Positions 57,190 to 64,000 of a stretch of DNA of 64,000 nt are shown here, in pieces. The notes under the pieces are model-generated. The model did no database searches. It was not told where the DNA came from and was given only the letters and a program-made list of their open reading frames with translations. Numbering within the stretch: position 1 is the first letter of the stretch; each line of letters begins with the position of its first letter. Source of the DNA: Candidatus Latescibacterota bacterium (GTDB taxonomy: Bacteria > Latescibacterota > UBA2968 > UBA8231); contig OZ241889.1 of NCBI GenBank assembly GCA_965203355.1, forward strand, positions 1,344,001 to 1,408,000, written 5' to 3'. Made by a program: the position numbers and the translations under genes.

Positions 57190-58431
57190 GTGGCGACCAA
57201 GAAACGCCGCCTGTTGAAGCTGCTCGTTTTCTTGCTGTTGGCTGGCGCGGTTGGCGCGGCGATCTACTTCAACTTGCGGCAAGAAAAGGCCGCAGAGACC
57301 TTTGCCACCGCGCTCGTCGAGCGGGGCGAGATCGTCGATAAGCTCGCTGAAACAGGCCGCATTGAACTGGTGCGGACTGTGGAGGTCAAATCGACGATTG
57401 CCGGCGAAATCCGCGCATTGCCCATCGAGGCGGGGGCGTGGGTGCAGACCGGCGCGTTGATGGCCGTCATCGAGCCAGACCCCAATCAGTCGCTGCAATT
57501 GTATCAGAAGCGGTCGAGCGTGGAGCAGGGCAAAATTGACTTGGCCGAAGAGGAGCGCAACTTCGACCGCCAAAAGACCCTGTTCGACCGCCAGATGATA
57601 CCGGCCAAGCAGTTTGAAGAAGCCGAGCTGCGCCTGACGCGGGCGCGCACCGGCCTGCGCTTGGCCCAGCTCGAACTCGACATGCTCGAAGCCAAGGCCA
57701 ATCTGCAGCGCGTTCAGCTTGCCGAAGATCAAGTCGCGCTCGACGAGGTGCGCGTTCTCGCTCCGATTGACGGCATTGTCATCCGCCGCAACGTGGAGGA
57801 AGGCGAGGTGGTGGCGTCCGGGCTATCGTCGTATTCGGGCGGCACGGTGCTGTTTGAAATCGGCGATCCCAGCCAGCTGATCGTGCGCGGCAACATCGCC
57901 GAAATCGACATTGGCCGGGTGGCGGTCGGCCAAGCGGTGGACATTGTCGTGGATGCCTATCCCGACACCACCTATGGCGGCCGGGTGCGCTGGATTGCGC
58001 CGGTGGGTCAGCAGCCGCAGGGCAGCACCATCGTCACCTTTGACACCGAGATTGAGCTGACCGGTCACGCGCCGCGCTTGCGCCAAGGCATGTCCTGCGA
58101 CATTGACATTCTGTTTGCGCGGCGCGACAGCGCAGTGTATTTGCCGGTTGAGCGGGTGCTGGAGGTGTTGGACGACGAGGACGACGACGAGCGCCGCCGC
58201 TTTGTCGCGTATAGGGCCGCGCCGCCGGATTCGCTAGCGGCTGCGCCAGACAGCGCGTTGCACTTGCCGCTGGATGCTTTCGCCGAAGTGGAATTAGCCA
58301 TCGGCCTTGAGACCTCGACCCGCGTTGAAATCCTCGACGGCCTCGGTAGCGGCGACCGCGTCGCCGAAGAGCCGAGTGTCATTCGCAGCCAACTGGAGCG
58401 GGAGGACGAAGAGAAGGATGAGGAACGCTGA
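57190..58431 (+). CDS. Efflux periplasmic adaptor (MacA-like)
   Basis: N-terminal TM, VEVKS.IAG, APIDGIV, EIDIGRV..GQ, LRQGMS. Confidence 0.92.
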   Translation: MATKKRRLLKLLVFLLLAGAVGAAIYFNLRQEKAAETFATALVERGEIVDKLAETGRIELVRTVEVKSTIAGEIRALPIEAGAWVQTGALMAVIEPDPNQSLQLYQKRSSVEQGKIDLAEEERNFDRQKTLFDRQMIPAKQFEEAELRLTRARTGLRLAQLELDMLEAKANLQRVQLAEDQVALDEVRVLAPIDGIVIRRNVEEGEVVASGLSSYSGGTVLFEIGDPSQLIVRGNIAEIDIGRVAVGQAVDIVVDAYPDTTYGGRVRWIAPVGQQPQGSTIVTFDTEIELTGHAPRLRQGMSCDIDILFARRDSAVYLPVERVLEVLDDEDDDERRRFVAYRAAPPDSLAAAPDSALHLPLDAFAEVELAIGLETSTRVEILDGLGSGDRVAEEPSVIRSQLEREDEEKDEER

Positions 58432-58442
58432 TGAGCGCTCTA

Positions 58443-59828
58443 TTAAACCCGCTCCTCTAGCGCTAGACGCAACAGAGCTTGGGGCAGGAACTCGACGGGA
58501 ATGTCGCCTATGTCCGCCGCCGCACTCTGGCGCGCGAGAATGCGGCTGTTGGCGTACTTGCCTATCTGTTTGAGCGTTTTGGGCCGCAACTGGCCCGTCC
58601 ACTTGATCTCTACGGGCCAAAAACGACCGTCTTTTACATAGGCGATATCCACTTCGCCCTCGCCTTTGATGTAGTACGTGGGATAGCGACGGCTATAATG
58701 GGCAACGGCGCAGGCTTCTACTAGGGGGGCGGTGCGCTCGGGGTCGGCGAGGAGGGGGCGCACTTGGGCGGCGAAAGGGTCTTGCGCCGCGTGTAGCCAG
58801 CTTTGCACGGCGTGGAAAATGAAGGGATCGCAAAAACTGATTTTGCGCGCCTTTTTCGGCGCAGCGGTCAGCTTGTCCTCGCGCAAGGCCGGCTGGACGC
58901 AGAGTACATCCATAGAGGTGAGCAGGGCGATATAATCGCTCACGGTAGCGGGATGGTCGATGCTGAGGGTGCGGGCCAAGGCGTTATACGTGATCTGGGT
59001 GCCGCTGCAGCGGACAATGGCGGCTAACACTTCGCCCAAATAGTGTTCCTGCTTACCGCGTTTGAGCATATCGCCGCGTATCCAGTCGCTGTACGTGGCG
59101 AATGTGGCCGGGAGGATGCGGTCGTGGCGGGCCATATCGTTAATGGCGGTGAGAAAGCCGCCGTGGACCAGATAGGCGAGCAATTCCTCGCGCAGGACTT
59201 GCTCGGTTGCGGCAGGTAGCGGCGATCTAGGCTGTGCTAATTGCAGCAACGCTGGGTTACTCAGCGCGCGCTTTAGACCCACAGCCGCGGCAAAACTGAG
59301 AGGATGGAGGTGAAAGTCAACCACCGAGGCTCGTCCTCGGCGGCCGGGAAAACGCATGCGGGCCTCTTGGATGACCGCCATATCCGAGCCGGTCGCCATC
59401 AGGACGACGCCTTCGAGCAAGCCGGCGTCGGCGAGATACTTGATTCCCTTGTCCCAACCGGCGATATAGGTCACTTCGTCGAGCAGGATATAGCGCGGGC
59501 CCTCGGCGGGCATTTCCCGCAGCAGAGCCGATACCAAGCGCACTAGCGCGTGGTGATCGTCGATGAGTTCGCCGGTGAAGAAGCGCAGACGGGTTGGGTC
59601 AAGGCCCGTTGCAAGCAGGTCGGCCATCCACTGTTTGAGTAGCGTCGTTTTGCCGATTTGACGGCCGCCGCCCACCGTGTAAATGCCCGGCTGGTTGCGC
59701 GGCAGACGGTCGAGGAGGGGAAAGCGGTAGATTAGGGGCTGAGTTCGCAGGCGTCTGAGGTGCGGGTCGAGGTCGGAAAAGGAACCATCGAGATGACTAT
59801 TGTGGATCTGAAATTCTGCTAAGTTCAT
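58443..59828 (-). CDS. AAA_14 + DUF4143 ATP-binding protein
   Basis: GGRQIGKTT, LLDEV, ATGS, GGF, EVDI...VEIK (PD-(D/E)xK-like). Confidence 0.9.
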   Translation of the reverse strand: MNLAEFQIHNSHLDGSFSDLDPHLRRLRTQPLIYRFPLLDRLPRNQPGIYTVGGGRQIGKTTLLKQWMADLLATGLDPTRLRFFTGELIDDHHALVRLVSALLREMPAEGPRYILLDEVTYIAGWDKGIKYLADAGLLEGVVLMATGSDMAVIQEARMRFPGRRGRASVVDFHLHPLSFAAAVGLKRALSNPALLQLAQPRSPLPAATEQVLREELLAYLVHGGFLTAINDMARHDRILPATFATYSDWIRGDMLKRGKQEHYLGEVLAAIVRCSGTQITYNALARTLSIDHPATVSDYIALLTSMDVLCVQPALREDKLTAAPKKARKISFCDPFIFHAVQSWLHAAQDPFAAQVRPLLADPERTAPLVEACAVAHYSRRYPTYYIKGEGEVDIAYVKDGRFWPVEIKWTGQLRPKTLKQIGKYANSRILARQSAAADIGDIPVEFLPQALLRLALEERV

Positions 59829-59856
59829 AGAATAGCAATAGTTGCGTTTATTTCAG

Positions 59857-59894
59857 AAATTTAGTCAATGAACTCTGAATAAATTTAGTCAATG
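59857..59894. repeat. 14-bp direct repeat in a divergent intergenic region
   Basis: AAATTTAGTCAATG at 59857-59870 and 59881-59894. Confidence 0.7.
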
Positions 59895-60056
59895 CGAGTC
59901 GGCGGCGCAATTTTGTCTCTTTCAAGTAGGGACTGGCCGTCTTCAGCCCAATTGGCCAAAGAATTCTCAGTGCCGTTTTGGGGTTGTGCTGTACCGGGCT
60001 TATTTTTAACGCTTGCTCAATCGCTGCATCTTCGCTCCGAAGGACAAAAAACGCCA

Positions 60057-61286
60057 ATGACCGTTCTCGAACCCCTCCTTGCCGGCTTGGGTCAGCTTCG
60101 GGCGCACAAGCTGCGCTCGCTGTTGACGCTGTTGGGCATTGTCATTGGCGTGGCGGCCATTATTGCGGTGGTGTCGCTGGGCGAGGGATTGCGCCGCGAG
60201 GTGATCGCGCAATTCGTCTTCAGCGGCGGCGCGGGCATGATCGAGGTGGAGCCGCCGCGCCAATGGGTGCGCAAGGATGGCCGCTGGGTGCGCCGCCCGT
60301 GGCAAGAATACCTGACCGAGGCCGACATGGCGGCCATGCAGCGGGAAATCGACGAACTCTACGCCCTCGTGCCCCAGCTTCAAGGCAACGCCGAGCTCCA
60401 GCGCGGCAAAACCACCGTACAGACGAGCTATACGGGCACGTCGGCTGCGTTCAACGAGGGCTTCAACTGGCCGGTGACCAGCGGCCGGCCGCTGAGCGCG
60501 GACGATCTGCGCCTCGCCCGCCAAGTTTGCCTGATCGGCGATGATGTACATAAAGACCTTTTTCAGGAGGCCGAGCCGCTCGGCGCGGAGATTCTGCTCA
60601 ACGGCGACCGCTACGTGGTCGTTGGCGTGCTCGACGAGCGCGTTCGCTTTGGCCAGAGCGAGGGTCATGTCGCGTTGGTCCCGTACACTACGGCCCAAAA
60701 GCGGCTGCAAGGCGTGGATCACTTCTCGGAATTCACGCTTTTCGTCGAGGATTTGGATGCCGTCGAGCAGGTCGTCGCTGCGGTGCGCCGCGTTCTCCGG
60801 CGACACCACGAGCACGGCGACGAGTTTGAGGTCGGAACCAGCCAAGGGCAGATAGACAATGCCAATGAGTTCTTCCGCGTCCTCCAGCAAGTGGGCGGGG
60901 GGATCGCCGGGATTTCGCTGTTGGTCGGCGGGATTGGCATTATGAACATTCTGTTGGTGTCGGTGGCCGAGCGCACCCGCGAAATCGGCATCCGCAAGGC
61001 CCTCGGGGCCAAGCCGCGCCACATCCTCGGCCAGTTCCTCGCCGAGTCCGTCGTCTTGAGCATGGTCGGCGGCCTGTTGGGCATCCTCAGTGGCTTGGGC
61101 TTGGGCTTGGGGGCGGCCTTCGTCATTCAGCAACTCGCGCCCGGTTCGCCTTTTACCAGCATTGTCTCGGGCGAATCCGTGCTGTGGGCGGTCGGCTTTT
61201 CATCGGCGGTCGGCATCTTCTTTGGCGTCTATCCGGCCTGGCGTGCGGCGCGGCTCAACCCGGTAGACGCGCTGCGCCGCACGTGA
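60057..61286 (+). CDS. MacB-like ABC permease
   Basis: [51 protein letters not shown]. Confidence 0.95.
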   Translation: MTVLEPLLAGLGQLRAHKLRSLLTLLGIVIGVAAIIAVVSLGEGLRREVIAQFVFSGGAGMIEVEPPRQWVRKDGRWVRRPWQEYLTEADMAAMQREIDELYALVPQLQGNAELQRGKTTVQTSYTGTSAAFNEGFNWPVTSGRPLSADDLRLARQVCLIGDDVHKDLFQEAEPLGAEILLNGDRYVVVGVLDERVRFGQSEGHVALVPYTTAQKRLQGVDHFSEFTLFVEDLDAVEQVVAAVRRVLRRHHEHGDEFEVGTSQGQIDNANEFFRVLQQVGGGIAGISLLVGGIGIMNILLVSVAERTREIGIRKALGAKPRHILGQFLAESVVLSMVGGLLGILSGLGLGLGAAFVIQQLAPGSPFTSIVSGESVLWAVGFSSAVGIFFGVYPAWRAARLNPVDALRRT

Positions 61287-62506
61287 TCTTCCTCGAATCC
61301 ATCCGCATTGCCCTCGGGCAAATTTGGGTCAACAGGCTGCGCACGGCCCTGACTCTGCTGGGCATGACGATCGGGGTCGGCGCGGTAGTAGGCATTGTGT
61401 CCATTGGCGAGGGGATGCGGCAGTTTGTCGTCGACGAGTTCGGCAAGTTGGGCGGGGCGGAGTTTGTGATGGTCGCGCCGCAATACATGCAGCTCAAGGA
61501 CGGCCGCTGGGTGCCCAATCCGCACGCCAAGCCTTTGACCTTGGACGACCTGGCGATTATTGAGCAAGCCTCCGACCGCATAGCCGCGGTCTTGCCTTCG
61601 ATGAACAATGGAGCCAATCTGCGCTATCGCAAGGCCAGCTACCAGAGCCGAGCGGCCGGGACCTTGCCCGAATTTGCCGCGGTGTACAACTGGCCGGTCG
61701 CCGAGGGCCGCTTCCTCATCCACGCCGACTTGGACAAGCTGCGCCGGGTCTGCGTGATTGGGCAAAAGGTGCGCGAGGAGGTGTTTGGCTTGGCCGCCTT
61801 TTTGGGCCGCGAGCTCAAGATCAACGGCCAGCGCTTTACGGTTGTAGGTCTCATGGAGGATCGCCAGATCTTTGGCGAAAACTGGGGCGATCAAGTGCTG
61901 GTGCCAGTGACGACAGCCCAGCGCCGCCTCGCCGGCAACAAGTATATCCAAGGCTTAGTAGCCCACGCCGAGGAGGCCGACGATGTGCCCGGCATTGCCA
62001 CGGCCATTGAAGCGGCACTCAAAAAGCACCACGGCCCGGACGCGAGCTATCAGATTATCAGCGGCCGCAGCATCTTAGAGCAGGTTGAGCAAATCATTTT
62101 GCTGTTGAAATTGGTCGTGGGTGGGATTGCGGGGATTTCGCTGTTGGTCGGCGGGATTGGCATTATGAACATTTTGTTGGTGTCGGTGGCTGAGCGCACC
62201 CGCGAGCTTGGCCTCCGCAAGGCCCTCGGTGCCAAGCCGGTGACGCTGCTGTGGCAATTTGTGATCGAGGCGATGGCCCTGAGCTTGACCGGGGGTGCGC
62301 TCGGGGTGGCTGCGGGCTATGGGCTGGGCGAGGGCATTGCGCGCGTCATTACCCATTACAGCGAATTGAGCTTTCCCAGCATTGTCTCGCTGGAGGCTAC
62401 GCTGCTGGTGCTGGCCTTGTCCATTGCGGTTGGTTTGTTCTTTGGCATCTATCCAGCGGCCCGCGCTTCGCGGCTCGACCCGGTGGATGCGTTGCGCTCG
62501 GAGTGA
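61283..62506 (+). CDS. MacB-like ABC permease (paralogue)
   Basis: GTG start overlapping the upstream stop; same MacB/FtsX motifs. Confidence 0.95.
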   Translation: MIFLESIRIALGQIWVNRLRTALTLLGMTIGVGAVVGIVSIGEGMRQFVVDEFGKLGGAEFVMVAPQYMQLKDGRWVPNPHAKPLTLDDLAIIEQASDRIAAVLPSMNNGANLRYRKASYQSRAAGTLPEFAAVYNWPVAEGRFLIHADLDKLRRVCVIGQKVREEVFGLAAFLGRELKINGQRFTVVGLMEDRQIFGENWGDQVLVPVTTAQRRLAGNKYIQGLVAHAEEADDVPGIATAIEAALKKHHGPDASYQIISGRSILEQVEQIILLLKLVVGGIAGISLLVGGIGIMNILLVSVAERTRELGLRKALGAKPVTLLWQFVIEAMALSLTGGALGVAAGYGLGEGIARVITHYSELSFPSIVSLEATLLVLALSIAVGLFFGIYPAARASRLDPVDALRSE

Positions 62507-62510
62507 TCTC

Positions 62511-63191
62511 ATGCTGATCGAACTGAATGGCATTAGCAAGGTATATGTGCGCGGCACGGAAGAAGTACACGCCTTGCGGTCGGTAGATTTGGCGATTGAG
62601 GACAACGAATACGTCGCGCTGATGGGGCCTTCTGGCTCGGGCAAATCCACGCTGATGAACATTCTCGGCTGCTTGGATTCGCCGACCGAGGGGGCGTACC
62701 GCTTGGCGGGTACAGATGTGTCGCGCATGAATGCCAATGAACTGGCCGAAGTGCGCAATAGCCGCATTGGCTTCATCTTCCAGACCTTCAACTTGCTGCC
62801 GCGCGCGTCGGCTTTGCAAAACGTCGAGCTGCCGCTGATTTACAATGGCCAGCGTCGCAAGGTGCGCCGCGCCCGGGCGATTGAGGTGCTGGAGCGGGTT
62901 GGCTTGGCCGACCGCATGACGCACCGTCCGACCGAGCTGTCTGGCGGCCAATGTCAGCGGGTGGCCATTGCCCGCGCCTTGGCCAACGGGCCTTCGCTGC
63001 TGTTGGCCGACGAGCCGACCGGCAACCTCGACTCCCGCACCGGCGAGGAGATCATGGTCCTCTTCGCCGCCCTGCAAGAAGAGGGCAACACCGTGCTTTT
63101 GGTGACCCACGATCCGGTTGTTGCCCAACAGGCCAAGCGGCTGATTCGCATCCACGACGGCCGCATTGCTTCTGACGAGCAACGGGCGTAG
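62511..63191 (+). CDS. MacB/LolD-like ABC ATP-binding protein
   Basis: [25 protein letters not shown]. Confidence 0.96.
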   Translation: MLIELNGISKVYVRGTEEVHALRSVDLAIEDNEYVALMGPSGSGKSTLMNILGCLDSPTEGAYRLAGTDVSRMNANELAEVRNSRIGFIFQTFNLLPRASALQNVELPLIYNGQRRKVRRARAIEVLERVGLADRMTHRPTELSGGQCQRVAIARALANGPSLLLADEPTGNLDSRTGEEIMVLFAALQEEGNTVLLVTHDPVVAQQAKRLIRIHDGRIASDEQRA

Positions 63192-63307
63192 GGAAGCTCT
63201 GACCCTTGTCGGCGATCGCCGCTTTATTGACGCGATTGTTCCACTATTCTTGTGTTACAGAGACCGTCTTTGGTTCACCAATACTCTACAGATTTTAGAG
63301 GTATAGC

Positions 63308-63403
63308 ATGAAGAATATCACCATCACCCTACCAGAGGATGTTGCTCGGTGGCTGCGGATCAAGGCCGCCGAAAACGAGCTCAGCGTCTCCAAATGGCTG
63401 GCC
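63308..63403 (+). pseudogene. Truncated ribbon-helix-helix (CopG-like) antitoxin
   Basis: GAGG RBS; MKNITITLPEDVARWLRIKAAENELSVSKWLA, then runs into the antisense of glcF. Confidence 0.65.
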
Positions 63404-64000
63404 GCGGCCCGCCCGTTGCCCAATCCAACAGTTCGACGGTGTGGACGACCGGGACCGCGGCGCAGGCGGCGATTTGCTCTATGCAGCCGATGTTGCCCGC
63501 CGCCACGACCTGCGGCGCAACGCTGGCGATGTGCGCTACTTTGCGCGCTTGTAGCTTTTGCGCCAAGTCGGGGCGCAGCATGTTGTACGTGCCGGCGCTG
63601 CCGCAGCAGATATGGCCCTCGGGTATCTCGACGACCTCAAAGCCCGCCGCCTTCAGCAGGTGCCGCGGTGGGGCGGTGACGTGCAGACCGTGTTGGAGCG
63701 AACAGGCGTCGTGATACGCTACCTTCAGGGCCGGTGCGCGACCCGCTTGGCCCAATCCGAGTTGCGCCACCACCTCAGACACATCCCGCACTCGCTCCAC
63801 TACCGCCTTGGCCTTGTCGGCCCACTGGGGATCGCGGCGAAAGATGTGATGGTATTCTTTGATGGCTGTGCCGCATCCCGACGTGTTGAGCACAATCGCG
63901 TCCAAACCCTCGTTTAGCGCGCGATGCCAAACCTCAATGGCGCGCTGCATTAGCTTGAGGCTGCGCTTGCGCTCGCCGAGGTGGAAAGTCAGCGCGCCGC
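63381..64000 (-). CDS. glcF: Glycolate oxidase iron-sulfur subunit (5' end outside window)
   Basis: SGCG, YHDACSLQH, CCGSAGTYN, GNIGC..QI, HTVELLDWA.GGP. Confidence 0.92.
   Translation of the reverse strand, partial: GALTFHLGERKRSLKLMQRAIEVWHRALNEGLDAIVLNTSGCGTAIKEYHHIFRRDPQWADKAKAVVERVRDVSEVVAQLGLGQAGRAPALKVAYHDACSLQHGLHVTAPPRHLLKAAGFEVVEIPEGHICCGSAGTYNMLRPDLAQKLQARKVAHIASVAPQVVAAGNIGCIEQIAACAAVPVVHTVELLDWATGGPRPAIWRR

Overview
GC-rich bacterial chromosome segment. The gene style (many secreted FlgD/T9SS-like C-terminal proteins, CRTAC1/FG-GAP, DUF6785, a C-terminal 'TWGxIK' motif, sulfatase) suggests a Latescibacterota/Poribacteria-like, possibly host-associated organism; this is inference. 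Contents: a ~18 kb divergent cluster of uncharacterised envelope proteins, sugar-acid catabolic genes, a low-GC two-gene islet with a proteasome-beta-like Ntn hydrolase, a molybdenum hydroxylase operon containing a superinfection-immunity gene, two ~1400-aa surface proteins that share a C-terminal stalk but carry different N-terminal cargo, a dut/wzz/SLBB/tatD/argC operon, murD, cysH, paired ABC exporters with DUF1854, a MacAB-type operon split by an AAA/DUF4143 gene, and partial glcF. The top finding is two genes the ORF track breaks at in-frame TGA codons. Each TGA sits at a conserved Cys position and is followed by a SECIS-like hairpin: an apparent DUF5069 selenoprotein (38973-39239) translationally coupled to a flavin reductase, and an ArsC/Spx-like UxxC selenoprotein (43809-44159) directly after APS reductase. 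Several deletion-derived gene remnants are present. No rRNA, tRNA, CRISPR array or intact transposase was recognised.
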